The notes: a model not told the origin generated them from the sequence alone. Positions 13,200-28,789 are shown, counted from the first letter of the whole stretch. The stretch: DNA of 63,762 nucleotides, filler included, from Octopus bimaculoides (GCF_001194135.2; 8 parts of 7 records of this genome joined end to end with filler, not necessarily neighbours in it); one strand, 5' to 3'. Numbers and translations: made by a program.

Positions 13200-13992
13200 A
13201 CGTAAAAATATCTCGAAATACTAAAGAGTAAATTTATTCAATAAAATCACCATTGGCTTCAACCACGGCTGCCAGATGACTTCAGAATCTCCTGCAATTC
13301 TTCTGGACGGCTTCCTTGTTTAAGTTGGTGAATGCTGCAATAATCCTTGCCTTCAGTTCATCTTTGGTGTTACAAGGAGTTTTGTTGGTCTTTTGCTCAA
13401 TGCACTCCACACATAATAATTAATGGGGTTGCAGTGTAGGGAGTTAGGTGGCCAGATGTTAGGGGTGATATGGTCACAGAAATTGTCTGACAGCTATGAC
13501 TGGGTTCTCCGGCTTGTGTGGCATGGTGCAAAGTCTTGTTGCCAGACATAGGATCTTCCAGCACCTACTCTCTTGACCCAGGGCGGCACTACCTCCTCCA
13601 GGCACTTGATATAGGCCTCCATGTTGAGTCTGAGGCCATGTGAGAAGATGAATGAAGGCATAATGTCACCATCACTAGTGATCACTCCAAACACCATGAT
13701 GTTGACTAGATGTTTGATTTTGATCACTCTCGGTACATGTCTTCCGATTGCACTGTACTTAGATTGACACCCAAACACTCTGAAATGTTCATATTGGAGT
13801 TTTCAGCATGAATGCCAAGCAGTACAGCATATCTTTTCCAAATTTCTGGCAGAGAGAATTGCATCATGGTGCTGTTTATCTTTCAGATGAAGCCCCTACC
13901 ATACTGTGTAGTTGACAAAATCAAAAACAAACAATGAGCATGCACAAAATAAAAAAAATATAAACTGGCGACAATTTCCCCATCACACCCTG
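13200..13992 (-). mobile_element. Internally deleted maT/mori-type (DD37D) Tc1/mariner remnant
   Basis: IMVFGVITSDG...YVWQQDFAPCH...IWPPNSLHCNPINYYVW with stops (37 residues between the QQD Asp and the normally Asp position, here Asn). One terminus TA|CAGGGTGTG at 13992; the other terminus was not found. Confidence 0.85.
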
Positions 13993-14082
13993 TATGTATG
14001 TATGTATGCATGTATATATGTATGCACACACACACACACACACACACATATACATATACATACATACATACATGTATACTCA

Positions 14083-14132
<50 letters not shown>

Positions 14133-15959
14133 NNNNNNNNNNNNNNNNNNNNNNNNNNNNNNNNNNNNNNNNNNNNNNNNNNNNNNNNNNNNNNNNNNNN
14201 NNNNNNNNNNNNNNNNNNNNNNNNNNNNNNNNNNNNNNNNNNNNNNNNNNNNNNNNNNNNNNNNNNNNNNNNNNNNNNNNNNNNNNNNNNNNNNNNNNNN
14301 NNNNNNNNNNNNNNNNNNNNNNNNNNNNNNNNNNNNNNNNNNNNNNNNNNNNNNNNNNNNNNNNNNNNNNNNNNNNNNNNNNNNNNNNNNNNNNNNNNNN
14401 NNNNNNNNNNNNNNNNNNNNNNNNNNNNNNNNNNNNNNNNNNNNNNNNNNNNNNNNNNNNNNNNNNNNNNNNNNNNNNNNNNNNNNNNNNNNNNNNNNNN
14501 NNNNNNNNNNNNNNNNNNNNNNNNNNNNNNNNNNNNNNNNNNNNNNNNNNNNNNNNNNNNNNNNNNNNNNNNNNNNNNNNNNNNNNNNNNNNNNNNNNNN
14601 NNNNNNNNNNNNNNNNNNNNNNNNNNNNNNNNNNNNNNNNNNNNNNNNNNNNNNNNNNNNNNNNNNNNNNNNNNNNNNNNNNNNNNNNNNNNNNNNNNNN
14701 NNNNNNNNNNNNNNNNNNNNNNNNNNNNNNNNNNNNNNNNNNNNNNNNNNNNNNNNNNNNNNTATATAGATGTGTATATATATATATATATATATTTATA
14801 TATACATACATATGTATGTATGTATATATATATATATATATATACATACATGTGTATGTATATATGTATGTATATATATATATATATAGATGTGTGTGTT
14901 CGATTGTATGCATTCATTGGTTTGACACCATGCTCCTCACACAGGTAAACAAAACCATTTACACTGACTGACTGACTGTTACTAGAGTGACACCATAAAC
15001 ATAATCCGAAATTCAATAGAAACAGACTCTCCCTTTGTTCGCAGATCTTTGATAAGACAAAGAAATCATACAGAATTCACTGGAAGGAAAAAATAGAAAT
15101 GGACCAAAAAAAAACCCCCAACAAAATCAATGAAAACCTCTTCTCACTCAGCCTCCTACAACATCCCCCCTCGTTCTTCCTCATATTCTTGTTCTATTCC
15201 TGGTAATTCCTTATTTACTCATTGACATAATTAGCTCTTGTACCATATCCATCTTACTCTGTCTGTCTGTCTCTTTTACTTTCTACTTTTAGAGTATTTC
15301 TATTATTGTATTTTAGGTTTATGTTAGCTTTTGTCTGTTTTGTTTTTTTTTGCTTTATTAATTTCGTTGGTTTTAGATTCATTCTTTGATGTTTTTTGGT
15401 TTTAATTTTTCACATTTTATTTTTCGGATATATGGCCATCATCATCATCACCATTATCATGTCAGCATTGGTGATATATGTATATGCATGTATAAACACA
15501 CACACACACATATATATACAGATATATATACATATATGTGTATATGTATGGGTTATCGGAAGCACATCCATAGTGTATCTGTTTTGTTTATATCCCAAAT
15601 TTACTGCGGGATATCGTCCAAGGAAAGCTCACTACATGATATCGATTGTTAAAGAACCCCAAACGTCCCAGACCAAGCAAGACAACTCACCTCAGATGTC
15701 CAAGAATGGCAGGTACTGATTTCGTCATCATCATGGCTTAGTCATACTATGTACTTTGATCATCTTGAAACGAAGTGAATCTCTGGTCTACAACTTTGAT
15801 GCAAATAAAGTGAAATCCATTTGTTGATGTGCTGAGGCATAGCACACGCAAAAGAAAATTACATTATGAATCAGAAACAGGTTTAGTAATGCAAACATTA
15901 TAGGTTATACATGGTGAATGTATTTTGTTTATATGCCTAATTTGCCATGGATTTGTGTC

Positions 15960-16375
15960 TGGCTAAAGCTCCCTATGTAATGTGGAATGTTAAAGAACAC
16001 TGAATGTCCTGGGCCACACTAGACAACTTGCCTTGAGATGCCGAGAATGACAGATGGAGTCATATCTGAAGCAGCCGTCATTACACTAACTGACTGGGTT
16101 CTCAAGCATGGCCGTGGGTATTATCCAGCCATCATATTCTCGATCCATCTCTAAGTCTTTTGCTGGTTGGCTCAGCATGACGAATCCATCTTAGGATTCT
16201 TCCTGTGGGATTCTAATCACATGTCTGTAATACCACAGCTATGACCCCTTCATGTCAAGAAGGATCAACTTGACCTGGAGAGACTCACTACTCTCTGAAC
16301 TACACACCCTGTCGAGTAAAGTCATTCCAGAGATGTTCCAGAGGAACCCCATATTAGCTGCTTGGTTCTACATGC
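15960..16375 (-). mobile_element. Decayed RTE-clade LINE 3' fragment
   Basis: MGFLWNISGMTLLDRVCSSE..RESLQV..(SQL.W)Y.HVIRIPQE, resembling the RTE C-terminal EM.FLR.I.G.T..DR.R...IR and QLRW.GHV.RM motifs. Confidence 0.7.
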
Positions 16376-17306
16376 TATTATTTATAGCCTCATAAGGCGG
16401 CGAGCAAATTGGATGAAATGCTTAGTGGTATTTCGCCTGTCGCTACCTTCTGAGTTCAAATTCTGCCGAGGTTGGCTTTGCCTTTCATCCTTTCAGGGTC
16501 AATAAAATAAGTACCAGCTGAACACTGGGGTCAATGTAATTACTCATCCCCTGCCCCAAAACCATAGCCCTGGTGGAAAAATTTAAAGCATTATTTGTAG
16601 CTTTATCATCTTCAAATCTCACCATTAAAGCAATTTATCATATCTAGTATTATATCTTTATTATAATTACTATTATATACTCTTTTACTTGTTTCAGTCA
16701 TTTGAGTGCGGCCATGCTGGAGCACCGCCTTTAGTCGAACAAATTGACCCCAGGACTTATTCTTTGTAAGCCTAGTACTTATTCTATCGGTTTCTTTTGC
16801 CAAACCACTAAGTTACGGGGACGTAAACACACCAGCATCAGTTGTCAAGCAATGTTGGGGGGACAAACAGACACACAAACACACACATATATATACATAT
16901 ACATATATACAACGGGATTCTTTTCAGTTTCCATCTACTAAATCCACTCACAAGGCTCTAGTCGGCCTGAGGCTATAGTAGAAGACATTTGTNNNNNNNN
17001 NNNNNNNNNNNNNNNNNNNNNNNNNNNNNNNNNNNNNNNNNNNNNNNNNNNNNNNNNNNNNNNNNNNNNNNNNNNNNNNNNNNNNNNNNNNNNNNNNNNN
17101 NNNNNNNNNNNNNNNNNNNNNNNNNNNNNNNNNNNNNNNNNNNNNNNNNNNNNNNNNNNNNNNNNNNNNNNNNNNNNNNNNNNNNNNNNNNNNNNNNNNN
17201 NNNNNNNNNNNNNNNNNNNNNNNNNNNNNNNNNNNNNNNNNNNNNNNNNNNNNNNNNNNNNNNNNNNNNNNNNNNNNNNNNNNNNNNNNNNNNNNNNNNN
17301 NNNNNN

Positions 17307-17560
17307 TATTATATGTTTATTATAACTAGTATTGTATCTTTATAAAATCTAATATTATATCTTTATAATATCTAATATTATATCTAGTATTGTATCTTTA
17401 TTATATTTAGTATTATATGTTTATTATAACTAGTATTGTATCTTTATAAAATCTAATATTATATCTTTATAATATCTAATATTATATCTAGTATTGTATC
17501 TTTATTATATTTAGTATTATATGTTTATTATAACTTGTATTACATGTTTATTTATATCTA
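17307..17560. repeat. AT-rich 104-bp tandem repeat, ~2.4 units
   Basis: Units start at 17307, 17411 and 17515; internal ~20-bp subrepeats. Confidence 0.85.
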
Positions 17561-19430
17561 GTATTATAACTTGTACTCCACTGATTACGACAGAGAGCGT
17601 TCCAGTTGATGCAATCAATAGTACTGCCTGCTCATGAAATTAATATGCAAGTGGCTGAGTACTCCACAGACATGTGTACCCTTAATGTAGTTCTCAGGAA
17701 GATTGAGTGTGATACAGAATATGACAAAGCTGGTCCTTTTGAATTATAGGTATGACTCGTTTTTGCCAACTGAATGGATTGGAGCAACATGAAATAGAGT
17801 GTCTTGCCCAAGGACACAATGTGCCACCAGGAGTCGAACTCATGACCTTATGATAGAGAGCTAACTTTTCTAGTCACTAAGCCATGAACCTTCTCTTTGG
17901 CCAGATATGGCCAGTTCGAATGCTAAAGGGTTAATGTTCAGTTTAAAAAATCTCCAAGTCAACAAACGGTAGAAAAACCACCAGTGGGAAGGAAGCGCCT
18001 AAGGGTTAGCATACCAGTGTGGAAGGACTGGCTGAGGGGGAAAATAGAGTTCTGATGAAGCCTATGTGTTATCAGAGGTAGTATGCAACCATGTAGAGGT
18101 GGTATGCAACCAGGTAGTTCAGATAAGCTTATAGAATGGTAGTGAGTGATAAAACTAGAAGAATGACTAGACAATATATAATGTTTATGTGTAATCCTAC
18201 CTGTAGATATAACACTAGATAATGAAGGTACATAGAGAAGTGGTTGCAAGATCATGATTTTGATTCCTAGTAATACGTTTTATCCTTGAGCAAGATCCTC
18301 TGTTTGTCAGTGCTCTAGTTTACTTGGCAAAAATGAGCTGCGCTTGTGTTTCAGATGGTCAGTCTTGTCACATTCTGTGTCATAATGAATCTCCCTGCGA
18401 CTGATAGAGAGCCGGGCCATCTGGTCAAAGTATTTAGCCTGATTTATGTTGAAACTGACCAGATCCAGCCTCTCACACCTTTCCTACAAAGTCATTCTAA
18501 ATTTATACAATCACAAGACCTGGCAAGTAAAGTGAGGTAGCAGCTGTGGCCGATGCCAATGTTGCATAACCGGCCCATTTAAAAGTACTCTTGAATCATC
18601 GGGCGATATGATGTGCTTGAGAAGACCCTTTGAGTGAAGTGAAATCAAAATCATAGTCGTGGCCTGTGTCGCTTGACTGGCTCCCCATGCCAGTGGCACG
18701 TAAAAAGCACCATCAGAACATGGTCAATACCAGTGTGCCCTGACTGGCTCTCATGCTGGTGGTACATAAAAACCACCATCCAAATGTAGTTAATGCCAGT
18801 GCCCTCTGATTAGCTCCCGTGCTGGTGACACATAAAAAGCAGCCACTATATTTTCAGAGTGGTTGGTGTTAAGATGGGCATCCAGATGTAGAAACGTTGC
18901 TAGATCAGATTGGAGCCTGGTGCAGCCTTCTGGCTCATCACTCCTCAGTCAAACCATCCAATCCAGGCCAGCATGGAAAACAAACATCAAACGACGATGA
19001 TGATAATGACATCATTAAAATCTCAAAGCTATGAGATAATGCATGATTAATTCAAAACTGTGTGAATAAAGAAGTATTACATTTGACAGAATAATGTGAT
19101 TGCTACAGCCCCAGAAGGCCTCTGTTGATGAAAGATAGGCTCTACACCTTTAAAAAAAATCAATAAATAAAGTAAATAAATAAATAAATGAAGGATGGAG
19201 AAATGAAGTGAAGTGTTTTGTAGGATTTAAATTTGGAACTCTGAGTTCAAATCATTGCAACTACTCAATTGGTTTATGCATATTTGTTTATCATTGAAGA
19301 GTGATTATGTATAACTATATATAATTAATTGGAGACAACAAATGAGATTCAGCCATATGTACGTGTGCAATTACTTACATATGTATATGCACTTGTGTAA
19401 GTGTGTAGGTGTATATATATATATATATAT

Positions 19431-19660
19431 ATATTTGTTTTGCAAGATTTTTTATATGAAATCGTGTGTTGAAACAGATGTTGTTGTACTTGGGGATGGT
19501 CATATTGCCAGTTTAGCCAATAAAAACACACGCACTGTATATTTGGTGTTAATTTGCTTCAGCTTTATATTACATTAATCTTAATCTTATTTCGGCCAGA
19601 GTTCTTTCGTCACACTTCTGTGACCTCATCAGTGGTCCTTTGTTTCCTTCTTTCTATGCA
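19431..19660 (-). mobile_element. Short non-coding hammerhead-bearing element (Penelope-like 3' tail or retrozyme-like), flanked by (TA)n
   Basis: Homologous to 56058-56215 (same orientation) and 56300-56375 (inverted); partial match at ~47460-47515; contains the hammerhead core. Confidence 0.6.
19594..19638 (-). ncRNA. Minimal type-I hammerhead ribozyme (Penelope-associated type)
   Basis: Minus strand reads GGACCA-CUGAUGA-G-GUCACA-GAAG-UGUGAC-GAAA-GAAC-UC|UGGCC: full core, perfect 6-bp stem II, rudimentary stem III, CUC cleavage triplet, stem I GGACCA/UGG-CC. Confidence 0.75.
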
Positions 19661-19837
19661 TATATATAGAATACAAAAGTGGACAAGAACACAAAACATC
19701 CAGACAGACGATACAAAAAAAAAAACAGGGACAGGTCATTCAGAGTTTTCCATCCTCAGTCGAGTTCCAGATTATCTTTGCAATTTCGGCTGGTTATATT
19801 CGAGACTGCTCTAATCTGGCCAGCCCCAAGGAAAAAC

Positions 19838-19878
<41 letters not shown>

Positions 19879-20280
19879 TGATAGGTAGATAAATATATAT
19901 GTGTACATGTACAGATATGTTATGTGTGTATGTATATGTATTTCTATATATATTCATGACTATGTGTTTACACGCATACACACACACACATACATGCACA
20001 CACTCAAATATAGGCTGTAAAAAAGAAAAAAAAAACTTGTAGAAATGAGTCGAAACGTTTAATCGTGGAAACAATTAATTGAATATAATTATTCTATTTG
20101 TAACATCAGGTTTTCTTTTTTTATTGTGGATTTCTCCTATTATCCATTTGGAATTTATCACACCCACCTCCTCTCTCTCTCTCTACAGCTTTATTCACAN
20201 NNNNNNNNNCTTACTTTTCACTTCGATGGCTATAGACTCTTTCACTCTCATCATCTTCATTGCCAACCTCATATGTTCTC

Positions 20281-20570
20281 AACACTGACAAACTTCACAC
20301 ACTCCTATATGCATATATACATACATACACACATGCGCATGTACACACACGCACACATGCATGCATAAAGCATTCATGTTTAATAAAGCCGATACTTCAA
20401 ATTTCATGACACGTTTTGAATTTCAACACTCACAAACTTCACACACTCCTATACACATATATACATACATATGCACATGTACATGCACACACACATAGAC
20501 AAATACACATACATGCATAATGCATGCATGTTTAATAAGGCTGGTATTTCAAATTTCATGACATTTTTTA
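20281..20570. repeat. Diverged ~145-bp tandem duplication
   Basis: aacact.acaaacttcacacactcctata...ttcaaatttcatgaca occurs twice. Confidence 0.75.
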
Positions 20571-20954
20571 AGAGCTTATACGTTTGTGTGTTCTCTTCTA
20601 TTTTTGATTCTTCCTCGGAGAAAGAAGCTCGTTTCTAACAAAGACATAAAGCTCCATCGTTAGAGATAACGAATATAATTTCACATTCTAATCTTGAGAA
20701 AAGTCTTACATACTTTTACTGTTTCACTTACAGATTATTCTTTTTTACTCTTTTACTTGTTTCATTCATTTAACTGCGGCCATACTGGAGCACCGCCTTC
20801 AGTCGAGCAAATCGACCCCAGGACTTATTCTTTGTAAGTCTAGTACTTATTCTATCGGCCTCTTTTGCTGAACCGCTAAGTTACGGGGACGTAAACATAC
20901 CAGCATCGGTTGTCAAGCGATGTTGGGGGAACAAACACAGACACGCAAACACAA

Positions 20955-20998
<44 letters not shown>

Positions 20999-22199
20999 AA
21001 ACTACCTACCGCCATTAGATACAAAACTACTATCGCCATTACATACAATCTTCTCATTTAAATATNNNNNNNNNNNNNNNNNNNNNNNNNNNNNNNNNNN
21101 NNNNNNNNNNNNNNNNNNNNNNNNNNNNNNNNNNNNNNNNNNNNNNNNNNNNNNNNNNNNNNNNNNNNNNNNNNNNNNNNNNNNNNNNNNNNNNNNNNNN
21201 NNNNNNNNNNNNNNNNNNNNNNNNNNNNNNNNNNNNNNNNNNNNNNNNNNNNNNNNNNNNNNNNNNNNNNNNNNNNNNNNNNNNNNNNNNNNNNNNNNNN
21301 NNNNNNNNNNNNNNNNNNNNNNNNNNNNNNNNNNNNNNNNNNNNNNNNNNNNNNNNNNNNNNNNNNNNNNNNNNNNNNNNNNNNNNNNNNNNNNNNNNNN
21401 NNNNNNNNNNNNNNNNNNNNNNNNNNNNNNNNNNNNNNNNNNNNNNNNNNNNNNNNNNNNNNNNNNNNNNNNNNNNNNNNNNNNNNNNNNNNNNNNNNNN
21501 NNNNNNNNNNNNNNNNNNNNNNNNNNNNNNNNNNNNNNNNNNNNNNNNNNNNNNNNNNNNNNNNNNNNNNNNNNNNNNNNNNNNNNNNNNNNNNNNNNNN
21601 NNNNNNNNNNNNNNNNNNNNNNNNNNNNNNNNNNNNNNNNNNNNNNNNNNNNNNNNNNNNNNNNNNNNNNNNNNNNNNNNNNNNNNNNNNNNNNNNNNNN
21701 NNNNNNNNNNNNNNNNNNNNNNNNNNNNNNNNNNNNNNNNNNNNNNNNNNNNNNNNNNNNNNNNNNNNNNNNNNNNNNNNNNNNNNNNNNNNNNNNNNNN
21801 NNNNNNNNNNNNNNNNNNNNNNNNNNNNNNNNNNNNNNNNNNNNNNNNNNNNNNNNNNNNNNNNNNNNNNNNNNNNNNNNNNNNNNNNNNNNNNNNNNNN
21901 NNNNNNNNNNNNNNNNNNNNNNNNNNNNNNNNNNNNNNNNNNNNNNNNNNNNNNNNNNNNNNNNNNNNNNNNNNNNNNNNNNNNGCTCTGCCAAACTCAG
22001 CCAACTCACTTCACATACAGATTCATATTATTGTGTACCCAAGAACTGGTATAATTGTTCACGTGTTATTGACTCTCTTTTTCTCTGCTGTAATATTTCT
22101 CATACACACATGTATCACTCACATACACACTTTTCTTTGTATGACGGCCTGTCTTTGATTATGTTCTTATATGTCGCATTCACACTCACACACAGACAT

Positions 22200-22560
22200 A
22201 CATATATAGATATATACAATGGGCTTCTTTCAGTTTCCATCTACCAAATCCACTCACAAGGCTTTGGTCGTCCGAGGCAGTAGCAGAAGACACTTGCCCA
22301 AGATACTGTGCAGAGGGACTGAACCCATAAGCATGTGGTTGGGAAGCAAGCTTCTTACCACACAGCCACACCTCTGCTTTTTCTCTAGGCACAGGAGTGG
22401 CTGTGTGGTAAGTAGCTTGCTTACCAACCACATGATCCCGAGTTCAGTTTCACTGCATGGCACCTTGGGCAAGTGTCTTCTACTATAGCCTTGGGCCGAC
22501 CAAAGCCTTGTGAGTGGATTTGGTAGATGAACACTGAAAGAAGCCCGTCGTATATATGTA
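22200..22560. mobile_element. Head-to-head inverted pair of SINE B left halves
   Basis: Minus copy ends ~22377, plus copy starts ~22389. Confidence 0.85.
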
Positions 22561-23234
22561 TATATATGTAAGGGACGACCATGTGAACTCAAAAAGGAGA
22601 AATGGTGACGAATGGAAAAACAGAGGACTCCTTTTATTTAAACGCGTCACACGGTCGAACACACAATATATATATCTAATGATGAAGGCTGGAGAGTAAA
22701 CCAGGCGAAATGTTGTGTTAACAACCATGATGAGGACATGTATCCGTCCAATGTAAATAGTGTACGGAATTCCTCATTTCTAAAATATAGAATAGTAACT
22801 TCAAAACATAAGTAAACTAAATATAGTAATATAATTAGTACATTAGAGAGTTATTACAAACATCGTTATATTGTGAATAATTAAAACTATGCATTCTTTT
22901 GTTTTCAAATATATTTAATTGGGCAATTTAGTTATCTGGTCAAATAAATTAATAAAACTGAATAGAAGAGTATGCATGTGTTTGGGTGTGGTCCAGTCGT
23001 ATCTTTGTATGTAACTACATATATATAGTGACATACTGTACAGAGATGTATACATTCTTAATACATGCATAGGTGCAGGAGTGGCTGTGTGGTGAGGAGC
23101 TTGCACGTCAACCACGTGGTTCCAGGTTCAGTTCCACTGTGTGGCACCTTGGGCAAGTGTCTTCTACTATAGCCTCAGGCCGAACAAAGCTTTGTGAGTG
23201 GATTTGGTAGACGGAAACTGAAAGATGTTCGCTG

Positions 23235-23283
<49 letters not shown>

Positions 23284-23871
23284 GTGAGTGCGTGTGTGTG
23301 TGTGTGTATAAGACATGTTTCAATTTTTCTAAAACTATTTTTTCGTTTTCTGAAAAAGCAACATTTTGGACTTACGACACATTTGCATAATAGCAACGAT
23401 GTATATTCATTATTATTTTAGTTATTTTATTCTAACTTTAGAAATATTGAAACATATCTTCGACAGTTCTGGAAAAAGTATTCGGCTTATTTTGTGTGTG
23501 ACTTTTGGCCCAACCTATATATAAGATTATAATATTGGTTTCAAATTTTGGCACAAGGCCTGAAANNNNNNNNNNNNNNNNNNNNNNNNNNNNNNNNNNN
23601 NNNNNNNNNNNNNNNNNNNNNNNNNNNNNNNNNNNNNNNNNNNNNNNNNNNNNNNNNNNNNNNNNNNNNNNNNNNNNNNNNNNNNNNNNNNNNNNNNNNN
23701 NNNNNNNNNNNNNNNNNNNNNNNNNNNNNNNNNNNNNNNNNNNNNNNNNNNNNNNNNNNNNNNNNNNNNNNNNNNNNNNNNNNNNNNNNNNNNNNNNNNN
23801 NNNNNNNNNNNNNNNNNNNNNNNNNNNNNNNNNNNNNNNNNNNNNNNNNNNNNNNNNNNNNNNNNNNNNNN

Positions 23872-24346
23872 CACCACCACCACCACCACCACCACGAACA
23901 ACAACAACAACAACAACAATATTATCACTAGCACCACCCACATCATCATCACCACCACCACCCTCATTGCTGCCATGCTGCTCCTCTTCCACACTCCCAC
24001 TAGCTGGTGTCACTTATGAACATTACATAATATGATGGTAAAAGATAAGACTACCACTACCACTACCACCAATACTGCTACCTTAACAACATCACTGTCA
24101 TCACAACGACGATGACGACGACCACCACCAGCAACTCCATTATCAGTACCACTACCACCACTATGATGACCACTATCACCATCACCGCAAGTACCATCAC
24201 CACTACCAACACCACCACCATCATCATCAATACCACTACTGTTGCAACTACTACCACCTCCAACATCATTGCAATTACCACCACCACCACTACTACCACC
24301 ATCACCACCACCACCATCACCACCACCACCACCACCACCACCACCN
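23872..24346. repeat. Degenerate (ACC/ACA/ATC)n trinucleotide tract
   Basis: Direct reading; source of the spurious poly-T/V/P ORFs. Confidence 0.9.
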
Positions 24347-25532
24347 NNNNNNNNNNNNNNNNNNNNNNNNNNNNNNNNNNNNNNNNNNNTTAATTAATTA
24401 ANNNNNNNNNNNNNNNNNNNNNNNNNNNNNNNNNNNNNNNNNNNNATATATATATTTATATATATGCATAAATGTATATATAGACTCACACACACACAAA
24501 TATATATATATACATATATATTTACCGACGCGCATTTCTATAAGCATACACCCATGATATATAGAACACACCCAAATCATGCAAAAATGAGGCAAACCAA
24601 CTCTAAAGTGCTAAATGAAATAATATAAGGAGAAATTTGACCTGTGACTATCGTCTTTGTGACAGAAAATAAACGGATTTGAAAAAAGCACAAAATAAGA
24701 AGTAGCTTTTCTATACAGACATAGTGTGTACCTCTATCTATGTGCGCTTGCATGTGTACGAACCTATGTTTGAATGAATACGTATGAATGAATGAATGTG
24801 TGTATCCATTTTCGTAGGTAAGGTGATTATGTATGTGTCTGGATACATATGTACATGCGTATATGTGTGCTTGTGTATTTGTCTGTGTGTGTGTGTGTGT
24901 GTGCGTGTGTGTGCGTGTATGTGTGTGACATACATGCGTGGATGTGTATGTATCAATATTCAGAAGCTCATAGGATATTGGTCTGGAGATTACATCTAAG
25001 AAATATCCCAAATGAAATCAAAGAGCACTAATACACAAACGTACGCGCACACATACACACACAAACAAAAACACGCACACACATACACACCCATACACAC
25101 GCACACGCACATACACCATACATATTTACACATATACACTTTAACATACATACATACTTACATACATACATATGTATGGTAGAGGCAATGACCTAAGATA
25201 AGAGTTTGAACTCCATCAACCATTAACTAACTCTACGATTCTGTGTGACCTCTTCTTCAAGATGTGATATTTAGTTTAGCGGTTCTCATTGAGCAGTCTC
25301 ATAGCATTGAACTGCTTAGCCATCGCTCTGTACANNNNNNNNNNNNNNNNNNNNNNNNNNNNNNNNNNNNNNNNNNNNNNNNNNNNNNNNNNNNNNNNNN
25401 NNNNNNNNNNNNNNNNNNNNNNNNNNNNNNNNNNNNNNNNNNNNNNNNNNNNNNNNNNNNNNNNNNNNNNNNNNNNNNNNNNNNNNNNNNNNNNNNNNNN
25501 NNNNNNNNNNNNNNNNNNNNNNNNNNNNNNNN

Positions 25533-27080
<1,548 letters not shown>

Positions 27081-27908
27081 ACGCGCGCGTATTGTTTTGG
27101 TGACGATATCTCTTGCGTTATTTAAGATGTGAAAACATTAACTGAAGCTAAATATAACTAAACTTCCCTTTCGACATGGGAGTCTCTATCCAGTCGCGCG
27201 ATCTGCAAGAAACAGCAGCCAGATACTGCCCAAAAGTACACCTATAAATAAAAAGGGGGCGGAAAAGTTTGATAAAGTATTCTTGGGTGCATACTACCTG
27301 AACATTTATGGCTTGCATACCTTTCAACAATTCTCTCGTTCTTTCGGGGCCGATTTAGTGTCAAAAAAAAAAAGAAAAAAAGAAAAACCACAGTAGGTGC
27401 AGTGGAAACAGTAACAATACCACCAACAAATTTATCATTATCAGCCATATTAATAACAGCGACCACAGTAACAGAACTGAATAATAATTTTAAATTATGA
27501 TGGTTGTTGGATTGGCAGAAGCCAGCGTTAGACAAAATGCATGAGTTATTTAATTGTTTCAATTTACGTTATGGATTCAAATCCCATATTTACATTTCCT
27601 TTTTAAGGGATCGCTAAAATAAAGTAAGGGTCAAAATGTATGAGAGATATAATCGATTGCAACCCATAGATTGGAAATGTTGCGTCTATGCAAATTATTG
27701 TTATTCTTCTTTACGGCCCATCTTCAATACCGAAATATTCTTGCAAGAATATTCCGAAATAGCATGAATCCCGGCCAAGACATTTTAAAATATTGAGTTC
27801 CGTTCTTCAGCGTTTTGGTCGTAATACCCATCGGGGTTTGACTTCAACTTTCTTTAATTGTTTAGCATGTTTTTCTCTCATTTTGGAGGGGTAGGATGTT
27901 TTTTTGTT

Positions 27909-28314
27909 TACTCTTTTACTCTTTTACTTGTTTCAGTCATTTGACTGTGGCCATGCTGGAGCACCGCCTTTAGTCGAGTAAATCGACCCCAGGATTTATT
28001 CTTTGGATGCCTAGTACTTATTCTATCGGTCTCTTTTGCCGAACCGCTAGGTTACGGGGACGTAAACGCACCACCATCGGTTGTCAAGCGATGTTGGGGG
28101 GACAAACACAGACACACATACACAGACATACATATATATATATACATATATACGACGGGCTTCTTTCCGTTTCCGTCTACCAAATCCACTCACAAGGCTC
28201 TGGTCGGCCCGAGGCTATAGTAGAAGACACTTGCCCAAGGTGCCACGCAGTGGGAATGAATCCGGAACCATGTGGTTGGTAAGTAAGCTACTTACCACAC
28301 AGCCACTCCTGCGC
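27909..28314 (-). mobile_element. SINE family B (bipartite, internal TA/TG microsatellite), full length
   Basis: Head gcaggagtggctgtgtggtaag..gttcagtcccactgcgtggcaccttgggcaagtg; tail actgaaacaagtaaaagagtaaaagag. Confidence 0.88.
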
Positions 28315-28789
28315 CTGTTTGTCTTTTTTTTTTTTTTCTTAATCCCCTGGTCAAACAAACTTCTAATCTAATAATCTGAAATATTCCAGACTTGACTCGC
28401 CAGTCTAAATAGAGATACGTAGGATTAAATATCCTTTTTTTTTTCTCAAAATATCCGAAAGACAGCAGTTGATGCGTGATTTCACAGAGACAGATAAATA
28501 TACCGAAAGACAGACAGACAGACTGTCACAGTAACAGAGAGAGAGAGGGGGGGGAGAAAGAGAGAGAAAAAGACAGACAGACAGAACTGCAGATCGAGAA
28601 GCAGTGTAGATGACTAGGGCTCTTTTTCACAACTCGTCTTTCCGGTTTTTATTATAGTTTTGTTATGTACATGTATGATTACGAAAAGATGAGCAATAGA
28701 CAGCTCATTTTTATACACTATAAATTTTTAATTTTTACCTCATAGCTTTATTTAAATTTTCCATGCGAAATCCATATTGGCAGCGCAAG

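Noticed and set aside
15670-15800. Strong minus-strand donor GAG|GTGAGT near 15690
   Set aside because: All frames from the nearest good acceptors contain stops; no homology.
27734-27753. Perfect 20-bp palindrome aatattcttgcaagaatatt
   Set aside because: Isolated and AT-rich, with no link to an element or second copy; plausible by chance or local slippage.
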